Source: Malacoraja senta
Taxonomy: Eukaryota
Reading direction: 5' to 3'
DNA: 64,000 nucleotides
Assembly: GCA_038087875.1 (NCBI GenBank)
Contig: CM075995.1
Coordinates: forward strand, 6,264,001-6,328,000
Made by a program: the position numbers and the translations under genes
The notes under the pieces: model-generated
Database searches by the model: none
Seen by the model: the letters and a program-made list of their open reading frames with translations, nothing else
Told to the model about the DNA's origin: nothing
Shown here: positions 50,846-62,660 of the stretch, piece after piece
Layout of the letters: each line of letters begins with the position of its first letter
How positions within the stretch are numbered: the first letter of the stretch is position 1

Positions 50846-52816
50846 CAGTGCCCGCCATAATGTTTGGGACAAAGACCCATCATTATTTATTTGCCTCTGT
50901 ACTCCACAATTTGAGATTTGTAATAGAAAAAAACACATGTGGTTAAAGTGCACATTGTCAGATTTTATTAAAGGGTATTTTTTATACATTTTGGTTTCAT
51001 CATGTAGAAATTACAGCTGTGTTTATACATAGTTCCCCCCATTTCAGGGCACCATAATGTTTGGGACACATGGCTTCACAGGTGTTTGTAATTGCTCAGG
51101 TGTGTTTAATTGCCTCCTTAATGCAGGTGTAAGAGAGCTCTCAGCACCTAGTCTTTCCTCCAGACTTTGCATCACCTTTGGAAACTTTTATTGTTGTTTT
51201 TCAACATGAGGACCAAAGTTGTTCCAATGAAAGTCACAGAAGCCATTATGAGACTGAGAAATATGAATAAAACTGTTAGAGACATCAGCCAAACCTTAGG
51301 CTTACCAAAATCAACTGTTTGGAACATAATTAAGAAGAAAGAGATCACTGGTGAGCTTACTAATCGCAAATGATACAAAGATTATCTTATATCAGAGCGA
51401 TGGCAAGAGCAAAGTATGGAGGAGAGAAGGAACTGCCCAAGATCCAAAGCATCCTCCAACGTGACCCCACCACTCGCCACATCTTCCCATCTCCCCCCAT
51501 GTCTGCATTCCGCAAAGACCGCTCCCTCCGTAACTCCCTTGTCAATTCTTCCCTTCCCTCCTATACCACCCCCTCCCCTGGTACTTTCCCTTGCAACCGC
51601 AAGAGATGCAACACTTGTCCCTTCACCTCCCCCCTCGACTCCATTCAAGGACCCAAGCAGTCGTTCCAGGTGCGACAGAGGTTCACCTGCATCTCCTCCA
51701 ACCTCATCTATTGCATCCGCTGCTCTAGATGCCAGCTGATCTACATCGGTGAGACCAAGCGGAGGCTTGGCGATCGTTTCGCCGAACACCTCCGGTCGGT
51801 CCGCAATAACCAACTTGACCTCCCGGTGGCTCAGCACTTCAACTCCCCCTCCCATTCCGTATCTGACCTCTCTGTCCTGGGTCTCCTCCATGGCCACAGC
51901 GAGCAACACCGTAAATTGGAGGAAATGCACCTCATATTCCACTTGGGCAGTCTACATCCTGGGGGCTTGAACATTGAATTCTCCCAATTCTGCTAGCCCT
52001 TGCTGTCCCCTCCCCTTCATCAGCCCTCTGGTTGTCTCCTCCCCTCCCCCAGCCCTCAGGCTCCTCCTCCGCCTTTTTCCTTTTTTCCTTTCTTCTCCCC
52101 ACCCCCTATCGGCCCGAAACGTTGCCTATTTCCTTCGCTCCATAGATGCTGCTGCACCCGCTGAGTTTCTCCAGCATTTTTGTGTACCTTCCAAAGCATA
52201 CCACCTCATTTGTGAAACACGGTGGTACAACTGCTGATGGTAGTAGCATAATGAATTCTGAAGTGTAGAGACACATCTTATCTGCTCAAGTTAAAAAAAA
52301 AAGCTTCAAAACTCATTGGTCGGCGGTTCATTCTACAGCAAGACAATGATCCCAAACATACTGCTAAAGCAACAAAGGAGTTTTTCAAAGCTAAAAAATG
52401 GTCAATTCTTGAGTGCCAAGTCAATCACCCGATCTGAACCCAATTGAGCATGCCCTTTATATGCTGAAGAGAAAACTGAAGGGGACTAGCCCCTAAAACA
52501 AGCATAAGCTAAAGATGGCTGCATACAGACCTGGTAGAGCATCACCAGAGAAGACATCTGGTGTTGTCCATGAATCGCAGACTTCCAGCAGTCATTGCAT
52601 GCAAAGGATATGCAACAAAATATTAAACATGACTACTTTCATTTAAACAACAATGCTATGCTCCAACCAAAAAGCATAAAAACACCCTTTATTAAAATCT
52701 AACAATGTGCACTTTAACCACATGTGATTTTTTTCTATTACAAATCTCAAATTGTGGAGTACAGAGGCAAATAAATAAATGATGGGTCTTTGTCCCAAAC
52801 ATTATGGAGGGCACTG
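50846..52816 (+). mobile_element. Tc1-family DNA transposon (defective), TA TSD
   Basis: TA|CAGTGCCC..ATAATGTTTGGGACAAAG and its inverse ending CACTG|TA. TIRs exceed 100 bp, with an inner direct repeat at about 51050. Paired-like HTH MRTKVVP..VRDISQTLGLPKSTV at 51206; QQDNDPKH and SPDLNPIE catalytic motifs at 52336-52450. Confidence 0.92.
51453..52189 (+). mobile_element. Penelope-like element 3' fragment (GIY-YIG) inside the Tc1
   Basis: NLIYCIRCSRCQLIYIGETKRRLGDRFAEHL; TSD TCCAAAGCAT at 51443-51452 / 52190-52199. Confidence 0.88.
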
Positions 52817-53052
52817 TATATAGATTAATTTAATCAACTAAATTTAAAGTTCTAAGCTGCTGTGGTGGACTCTCACTGCACGTCATCAATTCAAACCTTT
52901 GGATTACTAGTCCAGTAATGTAACCACTTTACAACTGTTCCTTTAATAATTAATCTAAACAGAAATAATGTAGCTTTAAATATTAATATGTGTACTTTCG
53001 TTCATGTCAAGGCGAGGTATAGCATTTTGGTACTTAAGCAGTAACCCTTTAC

Positions 53053-53132
53053 CTTGGTATTACTGTCTGTGTGGTGCTTGGCAGAAGCCTGAAGCTGGTT
53101 CACCCAGTAGAATCTCTCTTTGGAATCCCCCG
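53053..53132 (-). CDS. OSBPL10: OSBPL10 internal coding exon (80 nt; end of PH domain)
   Basis: Minus strand reads ctttctgcactgcag|CGGGGGAT...AATACCAAG|gtaaag. It translates to (A)GDSKERFYWVNQLQASAKHHTDSNTK, matching my recollection of OSBPL10 [27 protein letters not shown]. It ends in phase 0, compatible with the next exon. Not called by the ORF track. Confidence 0.88.
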
Positions 53133-53310
53133 CTGCAGTGCAGAAAGTAGACATAATTTTAAAAATGACGCTTCGTTTTTTTTTAAAAGCACAATTTTAT
53201 AGAATGGCAGAATGAAAGCAAAATAGGACAGTTCTGTCTTAATATATTTATTAAATATCTGTAGCACGTTAAACAAGTAAACCAACTGTGATTAAACAAT
53301 GCAAACAAAT

Positions 53311-53350
53311 ATCAGTCTGAAGAAGGGCCTCGACCTGAAACGTCACTCAT
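53311..53350 (+). ncRNA. Putative minimal type-I hammerhead ribozyme in a Penelope tail fragment
   Basis: AGU-CUGAAGA-AGG(gccucga)CCU-GAAA-CGUC|ACU: intact catalytic core, GUC cleavage triplet, palindromic ACGU stem III and short stem I. Confidence 0.55.
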
Positions 53351-53879
53351 TCCTTCTCCCCAGAGATGCTGAGTTACTCCAACATTTTGTGTCTACCTTC
53401 AAACAAATAAAGTTAGATTTGATGAATCAAAAACAATATCTTTCTACAATTGGGCAGATCCAGATTTCAAATATAAAAATATGAAAAACACAAGGAATCA
53501 ATTGGTTCAATAGATTTAATTATATCCCTTAACTCCAAGCATATGTTAATTTCCCAACATCGGTACCATTCTCATTGTATTAAATCTCACTTTGTCCTTC
53601 ATAATTAATGCATCCTTTTTTCAATAATGGAATCAGTATTCGTGCACTTAATGTACTCTTTCTAAAGCAAGTATATCTTGTAAATTGATGGCCAAAGCTA
53701 ACTGCATTTCTACGCGACCATAACAGTATCTCAAAGCTTCAGCATACCTACGAAAGACTTGCAAAACCAGAAATGACAAATACCAGAAGAACACTTAAAG
53801 CATTTACACAGCTCATCTTTCTAGGATTTCACTAACTTGCTTGATTGAAATTGATCATCAAAATAGTCATTTGATTATA

Positions 53880-54345
53880 AGCTAGAAAGGGTGCAAAGAA
53901 GATAGTGCTTGGACCCAAGGGCCTGAGCAAAAAAGGGAGAGGGTTAGCTGGCTAGGATTTTATTACTTAGAGCTCACGAAGATAAGGGGTGATCTTACAG
54001 AGGTGTATAAGATCATGGGAAGAATAGATTGGGTAAATGCACAGAGTCTTTAGCCAAAGTAGGGCAATCAAAAATCAGACATAGTTTAAGGTAAGGGGGG
54101 AAAGTTTTAATGGGAACTTAAGGGGCAACTTCTTTACAGAATGGGTAGTGGGTATATGGAACGAGCTGGCAGAGGAGAGAGTTGAGGCAGGTACTATCAC
54201 AACATTTAAAAAAACATTTGTACAGGTACATGGATAGGATAGTTTTAGGATATGGGCCAAACACAGGCAGGTGGGGACAAGTATAGAAGGGTTGGTTGGT
54301 GTGGGCAAGTTGAGCCGAAAGGCCTGTTTAGCATGTATGACAATG
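53880..54345 (+). mobile_element. Degenerate CR1 3' fragment
   Basis: RGDLTEVYKIM and FFTEWVVGIWNEL remnants plus a CR1 3'UTR. Confidence 0.7.
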
Positions 54346-54445
54346 ATTACTGCCATGTAGTGCATTATTTGTACCAAACAGGACTTGCAGCTATATATTG
54401 GCTTCATATTGTTGTATCTGGTTATGTTAATTAAGGAATAACCTT

Positions 54446-55160
54446 AGGGGGCACCGGATGAGGGAGCTGGCAACCCTGCCGGCAGTCTGTTCATTTTTTT
54501 CATCCTTTTTGTTATTTTTAGCGTTTATTTAAAGTTTGTTTTAATGTTCTTCTGTTTGTTTTATGTGGGGGTGGGGGGGGGGGGGTCGGGGGAAACTTTT
54601 TTTTCAGGTTCTTACCTTCCCGGAGATGTGATCAAGTTTCGGATCTGGAGCTGGATGCCGCCTCGGACTGTCGTGAGCCCCACCGCGGGGCGAAGACTTA
54701 ACATCGGAGCGGATCCCTTGCCTGGGATCGCTCCCACCGCAGCCTGCGGACTTACCATCCAGGGGTCGCAGTCTCGGGAGAGGTTAGTCGGGAGCTCCAA
54801 CGCCGCAGAAGGTTCGTCCAGCCCCGATGCAAGGTTTGATCGCCCAGCGCGGGGAGCTGACATCCCCCCGATGCGGGAGCTGAACGCCTCGACGCGGAGG
54901 GCCTGAACGCCGCCGGCTACGGGAGTCAAGACCGTCCCGTCAACGGGGGCTCGAGGCCCCCGACCAAGGAAGAACAACAAGGGAATGACTTGGAACTTTA
55001 TTTTTGCCTTCCATCACAGTGAGGAATGTGTAGGAGTCACTGTGATGGATGTTTATGTTAAAATGTGTTTTCTGAGTCTGTTGCTTTTTTAAATTGCATG
55101 ACTAACCTGGCCAGTGAATTTCACTACACCAATTGGTGTATGTAACAATAAATGAACTTA
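54446..55160 (+). mobile_element. GC-rich non-autonomous retroposon, related copy 3
   Basis: G-run head, T-rich segment, G-tract, CpG-rich body, and tail gccttccatcacagtgaggaatg..aataaatgaactt shared with copies 1 and 2. Confidence 0.6.
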
Positions 55161-56826
55161 TAAATTTATGAATGTACCATCCTATCAAGTCAATTTTTTA
55201 ATTTACTATGTTAATAAATGTAAATTTATATTTATCAAGTGTTTAAATCGAATACTTTTTAATTTGTTATGTATTAGTCAGAATAAGGTTTAGTTTGCCA
55301 TTCATTGCACATTCATGTCAAATCTTTTCCCAGACAGCCCAGATGTTTTTGTAAAATCTGCAGACTAATCTTCCTAAAGTACTTCATAATCTATTTCTAC
55401 TGAAGCATACGGGATAAACAAATCTTAGCTCATGAAGCATCACTAGGCATTGCGTGTTGCATCTTTGCCTCAATTTAATTCGATCTCAATTAATGAGCAA
55501 AGATTAATCACTGAATGCCAAATTAGCTTTTAGGGCTAAAGGAATCAAAGGATATGGGGAAAAAGCAGGAACGGGGTACTGATTTTAGATGATCAGCCAT
55601 GAGCCGAGCTGGCTATAAGGGTCGAATGGCCTACTCCTGCACCTATTTTTCTGTTTCTAAATCAAAAGATGGTTTTTTAAATGTTTTCAAAAACATGCTG
55701 CGTAAACTTATATAATTAATGATAACGTAGAACACTTTATACAAGTCTGTCTTCACGAATTCATGGAATCATAGAAAATTTAGAACAAAGAGGTAATTTA
55801 GATCATAATGATCATATTAGTAGAAAAGAAGAGTCTAATGCCACCTTCCAGCATTAGGTCTGTGGCCCTGAAGATTACAGCTTTCCAACTGCGCATCAGC
55901 TACATTTTAAATGCAATAAGGTTTTCTACCTAACCATTCAAAACTATGTTCTTTCGATTGTACGTCTGTGACCAGTCGTGCACCACAAGCATCAGTGCTA
56001 GCATTTTTGGTGTTGCAACTAACAATAGAAGGTCTGATTAATAGGTTTGCAGCTAATACAAAAAATGGTGTTGTAGATAGCAAGGAAAGTTGTCTACGTC
56101 TACACAGGAGTTGGGCAGAGCAATTTTGTATGCTTTAACTAATATCAGCTTGCAGTGACACAAAAATGTCATCACCCTTTATTTCTTTCAAGTGGACCAC
56201 TTTCATAAGTTCCATTTGTTTCCATTAATTTTTGAAATTCAGTCTGTCATATGGGATCTTTACAAAAGTCTTGCTGAAATCCATATAGACTATGACTTAC
56301 TGTTCTCATCCATCCTACCACCTCAAAAGATTCAACCAAGTTAATCAGAAAGAGCCATTCCATAACAAATCGACACCATCTTTAATGAACCCGTGGCTTT
56401 CACATGAGAATTTATACCATGTTTCAGAACAGATTATAATAATTTAGTTCAATAGTGCTTTATTTGTCACACATGCAACTGCACAGTGAAATTCTTTTTG
56501 CATATATTACACGTGTGGGCACTGCCATTTTTGGCACCATTATTCAAAATCCAAAGTCCCAAAATGTACCTGCAATTAAAATGCAACTATTCATTTCTTC
56601 CTTTTACGGTAATTGTACAACGTTTAGAATGATTACAAAGCTCAAAAATAAGTCTCAGCTTTTTTGATTTCCTCTCCTATCTCCATTGACAGACTGGATA
56701 ATTTTAATGGAGATGTGTTTTAAAGAAAAAGATGCTAAACCTCTTAATTCCTCGTTTACTTTGGTTATCCCACCAAAATTCCCACCGCATAGCTATAATG
56801 TTGCCAGACTATATCCAAAGACCCTT

Positions 56827-57395
56827 AAGGCTCTGTCTCACGGTGTTGCGGTCATCGGCGGTGAAGCGCGGCGTCGCCGGTAGAGGACCGCACGGCAACG
56901 GCGAGAGCGCCGAGCCTATGCCGCGGGAGCGCTGCACGGATGCTGCGCGGGGGCCGAGTGATTTAAGTACGGCTGGTCCCACGAGCTTGCGGTAAGTAAA
57001 AAAAAAGGGCGGGCCGACTGCGATGACGTCATTTCGGATCTGCGGGGCTGTGGCGGCGGCAGTGCTGATCGCGGCGCTGTGGCGGCGGCTGTGCGGCACA
57101 CGTGCCTCACTGGCGGAGGTTGTGGCGGTGCAAGTTCGACGCACGGCGCTCGTGCCGCACTGGCGCCGGCTGTGGCGGTGACCGTGCCGCACTCGTGCCT
57201 CACTGGCGGCGGCTGTGCGGTAGGAACATATTTTTGAACAGTGTTGGTTTTATTTTAGCACCGTGCGGTGTTGGGAACAACGCCACATGGCCCCGGCAGT
57301 GGCCGTTTGACCGAGCTCGCGGTCTCTGGCGGCCCAGGAGCGGTAGATTGTTCCTGTTTTGCCGCCAATGACCGAAGACTCGTGAGACAGGCCTT
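56827..57395. mobile_element. GC-rich MITE copy 2 (opposite orientation to 17769-18369)
   Basis: TIRs AAGGCTCTGTCTCACG / CGTGAGACAGGCCTT, flanked TT..TT, with the same internal repeats. Confidence 0.85.
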
Positions 57396-58808
57396 TTACT
57401 CACATCCACTGTATCCGTACATTGATCATATTTTTGTTTCCCAACAGATCTGTTTCCCAACAGATCTAATCCTCTTTTTAGATATGTAATTATAAAACAT
57501 ATGTGAAGCTACACTATATATAAGAATATAAGACGACTCACTTAAATTCTTATAATTCTGCTTGCAATGGAGAAGCTTCTTGCTTCTTGCATCACGAGTC
57601 CAAAGCCAGTATAGAAAAAATATTGGCACAAGCTAGTTGAATTAGCTTTTAGATGTTAATATTCATCTAAACTAAGTTCTGAAATACTTGTTGGAATTTA
57701 AAACTACCAGTTCAATCAGAGACTCATTTGAAAAAATAAGCCATGGAAATCATTTTGGCTATCATTATACTAATTAGCAACGGTATTAAGGATAGTCTCA
57801 GTGGTAATTAAATGATGGCTCAGAGGAAACAAAGATCACTTCAGCTCAAATGGGATTAGAATCTCATCGCAGATAGAGTCATAGAGAGTCATAGAATGAT
57901 ACAGTGTGGAGATAGGCCCTTCGGCTCAACTAGCCACATCAGCCAACATGTCCCAGCTACACTAGTCCCACTGCCTGAATTTGGTCCATATCCCTCCAAA
58001 CGTGTCCTATTATCCATGTACCTGTCTAACTGCTTCTTAAACGTTGGGATAGTCCCAGCCTCAACTACCTCCTCTGGCAGCTTGTTCCATAACCCACCAC
58101 CCTTTGTGTGAAAAAGTTGCCCCTCAGATTTCTACTAAATCTTTTCCCCTTCACCTTAAACCTATTTCCTCTGGTCCTCGATTCACCTACTCTGGGCAAG
58201 AGATGCTGTGCATCTACCCAATCTATTCCTTTCATGATTTTACAGAACTCTATAAGATCTCCCCTCATCCTACTGCGCTCTAGGAAATACAGTCCCAGCC
58301 TACTCAACCTCGCCCTACAGCTCAGACCCTCTGGTGGTGGCGACATCTTCGTAAATCTTCTTAGTACCCTTCCCAGCTTGACAACATCCTATAACAAGGT
58401 GCCCAGAACTGGGCACAATATTCTAAATGCAGTCTCACCAATGTCTTAAACAACTGCAACATAACATTCCAACTTCAATACTCTGACTGATGAAGGCCAA
58501 TGTACCAAAAGCCTTTTTGACCACCTTATCTATCTGCGACTCGACCTTCAAGGAACCATGCACCTGCAATCCTAGATCCCTCTGCTCTACAACACTCCCC
58601 AGAACCCTACCATTCACTGTGTAGGTCCTGCCCATGTTAGACTTCCAAAAATGCAACAGTTCACATTTCGTTGTATTAAATTCCATCAACCATTCCTCAG
58701 CCCACCTGGCCAATTGATCAAGATCCTGCTTCAATTTCTCACATCTTCACTATCTGTAAAACCATCCACTTTTGCATCTTCTGCAAATTTGCTAATCTTG
58801 CCATGTAT

Positions 58809-61489
58809 TAGCAATGTTACAAAATTTTGAGATTTTAAAAATAAAGTCTGCAATTTATCCATATAACCATATAACCATAACAGCACGGAAACAGGCCATC
58901 TCGGTCCTTCAAGTCCGTGCCGAACATTTTTTTAATTTTTTTTTTTTTAATTAAAAATAAATACTTCCCCCTAGTCCCATCTACCTGCACTCAGACCATA
59001 ACCCTCCATTCCTTTCCCGTCCATATACCCATCCAATCTATTTTTAAAGGATAACATCGAACCTGCCTCCACCACTTCCACTGGAAGCTCATTCCACACA
59101 GCTACCACTCTCTGAGTAAAGAAGTTCCCCCTAATGTTCCCCCTAAACTTCTGTCCCTTAATTCTCAAGTCATGTCCCCTTGTTTGAATCTTCCCTACTC
59201 TCAATGGGAAAAGCTTATCCACGTCCACTCTGTCTAACCCGCTCATAATTTTAAAGACCTCTATCAAGTCCCCTCTTAACCTTCTGTGCTCCAAAGAATA
59301 AAGACCTAACTTGTTCAACCTTTCTCTGTAACTTAGTTGCTGAAACCCAGGCAACATTCTAGTAAATCTCCTCTGTACTCTCTCTATTTTGTTGACATCC
59401 TTCCTATAATTAGGCGACCAAAATTGTACTCCATACACCAGAATTGGCCTCACCAATGCCTTGTACAATTTTAACATTACATCCCAACTTCTATATTCAA
59501 TGCTCTGATTTATAAAGGCCAGCACACCAAAAGCTTTCTTTACCACCCTATCTACATGAGATTCCACATTCAGGGAACTATGCACAGTTATTCCTAGATC
59601 CCTCTGTTCAACTGCATTCCTCAATTCGCTACCATTTACCGTGTACGTCCTATTTTGATTTGTCCTGCCGTGATGTCGCACCTCACATTTGTCAGCATTA
59701 AACTCCATCTGCCATCTTTCAGCCCACTCTTCCAAATGGCCTAAATCTCTCTGTAGACTTTGAAAATCTACTTCATTATCCACAACACCACCTATCTTAG
59801 TATCATCTGCATACTTACTAATCCAATTTTCCACACCATCATCCAGATCATTGATGTACATGACAAACAACAGTGGACCAACACAGACCCCTGAGGCATG
59901 CCACTAGTCACCGGCCTCCAACCTGACAAACAGCCATCCACCATTACTCTCTGGCATCTCCCATTCAGCCACTGTTGAATCCATCTTGCTACTCCACCAT
60001 TAATACCCAACAATTGAATCTTCTTAACCAACCTTCCATGAGGAACCTTGTCAAAGGCCTTACTGAAGTCCATATAGACAACATCCACTGCTTTACCCTC
60101 ATCAATTTCCCTAGTAACCTCTTCGAAAAATTCAAGAAGATTAGTCAAGCATGATCTTCCAGGCACAAATCCATGTTGACTGTTTCTAATCAGACCCTGC
60201 TTATCCAGATGCTTATATATATTATCTTTAAGTATCCTTTCCATTAATTTGCCCACCACTGACGTCAAACTAACAGGTCTAGAATTGCTAGGTTTACTCT
60301 TCGAACCCTTTTTAAACAACGGAACAACATGCGCAGTACGCCAATCCTCTGGCACTATTCCCGTTTCTAATGACATTTGAAATATTTCTGTCATAGCCCC
60401 TGCTATTTCCACACTAACTTCCCTCAATGTCCTAGGGAATATCCTGTCAGGACCTGGAGACTTATCCGTTTTCATATTTTTCAAAAGTGTTTTTCATATT
60501 TCATATTTTTCAAAAGATAAAGCATAAAAAGAAGTTTAATTTGACACTTAATTCACTTTCATATCTTCAGTATTAAAAATGTTATGGCCATTATCATACT
60601 CAGAAATTAGCATCTAGTTCCCTATTGCTTTTCCATTGACTTAACACAAAAGCTGTGATCGAGGACAGTTAAAAGCCCATAACTTTCTTAAAAATTATGA
60701 TAACTGAAAGAAATTTTCAGTTGTTATAGATTGAAGCATTCTGAAACAAATATGAAACAATCTTACTTCGAAGACATGAAAGTAAAGCATATAATTAGTT
60801 AGTTACCTAATTGTAGCTAATTACAAAATTCAATTGCTAGATCTAAACATCTATCAATTTCTTAAGAATATATTAACATTTTTAAATAGCCTAAGTGTCC
60901 AAATAACATTCACACAATAATACACAATATAACATAATTTTTAAATCTCATTTTCATGAATTTACAGGCCAAATGGAAGGAATTGAATGTTTAATACCTG
61001 TAAATTTAATTCATCTTGCGAGTGAGGATTTCTGGAACGCGATCTTTTGGAACGTTAATTTGCGGTGAATTTAACCCCGTATTGGCATGAAAAATACTGC
61101 CGTTAATTCGGGGAATAAAATCACCGTGTCGCATGAAAAAATGTGAATTAAAGGCTTCTTAAGAAGCGCTTTTATACATTAAAAAAACCCACTTTCGTTT
61201 ACCTGTCCCGTGTGTGAAATCCGACCCCGTTATCGGCGTTGACGCTTCAGGAGCTGCTTTTAAAATGACTCCAGCGCTGACATTGACGATTTAATTTTTT
61301 TTAAAAATTCACAAAACGCCGGTAGGAACGATTTGTCTGCCAAGGCTTGTACTCCAACAAAATATTAACCAGGACCAGGGAGGAGAAACCCACGTTTTAA
61401 CCCCGCCCCCCCCTAAAGGCGCCAAAATCGTGCACACGGCCAGTGGCAGAATTACAGCGCGACTGAAGGTAAGTTTTGTAACATACCTA
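58809..61489. mobile_element. Unclassified non-autonomous DNA transposon (about 1 kb net; TAG..CTA termini), itself split by a CR1
   Basis: Imperfect TIRs TAGCAATGTTACAAAA / TTTTGTAACATACCTA; duplicated CATGTAT at 58802-58808 and 61490-61496. Confidence 0.72.
58862..60490 (-). mobile_element. CR1 LINE (another subfamily), 5'-truncated
   Basis: ORFs 58971-59870 and 59792-60484 (YMDFSKAFDKVPH, YADD); (TTATATGG)n-type tail. Confidence 0.92.
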
Positions 61490-62384
61490 CATGTATGTTC
61501 TCATCCAAATCATTGATGTAGATGACAAACAATAACGGGCCCAGCACCGAACCCTGAGGCACACCACTAGTCACAGACCTCCAGACCGAGAACCAATCTT
61601 CCACCATCACCCTCTGCTTTGTCCCATGAAGCCAATTTTCTATCCATTCAGCTATCTCTCCTTGGATCCCATGTAATCTAATCTTCCAGAGCAGCCTACC
61701 ATGTGGAACCTTGTCGAATGCCTTACTGAAATCCATGTATACATCTACAGCTCTGCCCTCATCGATCTTTTAGATCACGTCTTCAAAAACTCAGATTTGT
61801 GAGACACGACCACCCACATACAAAACCATGCTGACTATCCCTAATCAGCCCTTGTCCATCCAAAGGCGTGTATATCCTATCCCTCAGAATACCCTGTAGT
61901 AACTTTCCAACTACAGATGTTAAGCTCACCGGCCTATAGTTCCCAGCATTTTCCCTGCAGCCCTTCTTGAATAGAGGCACAACATTTATCACCCTCCAGT
62001 CTTCCGGCACCGCTCCTGCTTTTAAAGATGACTCATAAATTTCAACCAGGGCTCCGGCAATTTCCTCTATAGTTTCCCACAGTGTCCTATCGGATATATC
62101 TGATCAGGCCTTGGAGATTTGTCTACCTTCATACACAATGTCAAAGATGTGCATTGTTCTAGTGAACATTTTCCAATCAGCAATCCATAATTGTTTCACT
62201 GATCTGATTTTACTTAGCAAAATAAATAAAACCATAAAAATGTGGAAAATTACAATGGAAGGATTTTTTCCCGTCAGATCATGCAAAAAGCAATTTTAGG
62301 TACAATCCATGGGTTACTACTAGCTGGCACCATGTATCTAATGATTGTATCAAATAATTGTCTAGGTAATCCTCTAAGTAATTG

Positions 62385-62660
62385 AGGGCAGTACAGTGGC
62401 ACAGCTATTAGAGACCTGGGTTCCATCCTGCCCTTGGGAGTTGCCTGTGTGAAGTTTGTACATCCTCCCTGTGATCGCATGGGTTTCCTTTGGGTGCTCA
62501 AGTTTCCTCTCATATCCGAAAGACATGTAGGTTAATTGGCCACTAAATTGCTCCAAGTGTAGGGAGTGGATGAGAAAGTGGGATAATATTGAACTAGTGT
62601 GAATAGGTGATTGTCGTTGGGCCAAAGGGTCTGTTTCCTTGCTGTATCTCTAAACTAAAT
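62385..62660 (+). mobile_element. tRNA-headed SINE (HE1/V-SINE-like), degenerate
   Basis: Same head, core and tail organisation as 46920-47225. Confidence 0.65.

Larger units (their letters stand above)
57872..62150 (-). mobile_element. CR1 LINE (parts 57872-58808 and 61490-62150) interrupted by a DNA element
   Basis: RT fragments in ORFs 58065-58734 and 61452-62010 are collinear once 58809-61489 is removed. Confidence 0.85.

Noticed and set aside
57426..57629. Minus-strand ORF as an upstream OSBPL10 PH-domain exon
   Set aside because: The translation does not resemble the PH-domain sequence; the preceding exon was not found and probably lies beyond 64000.
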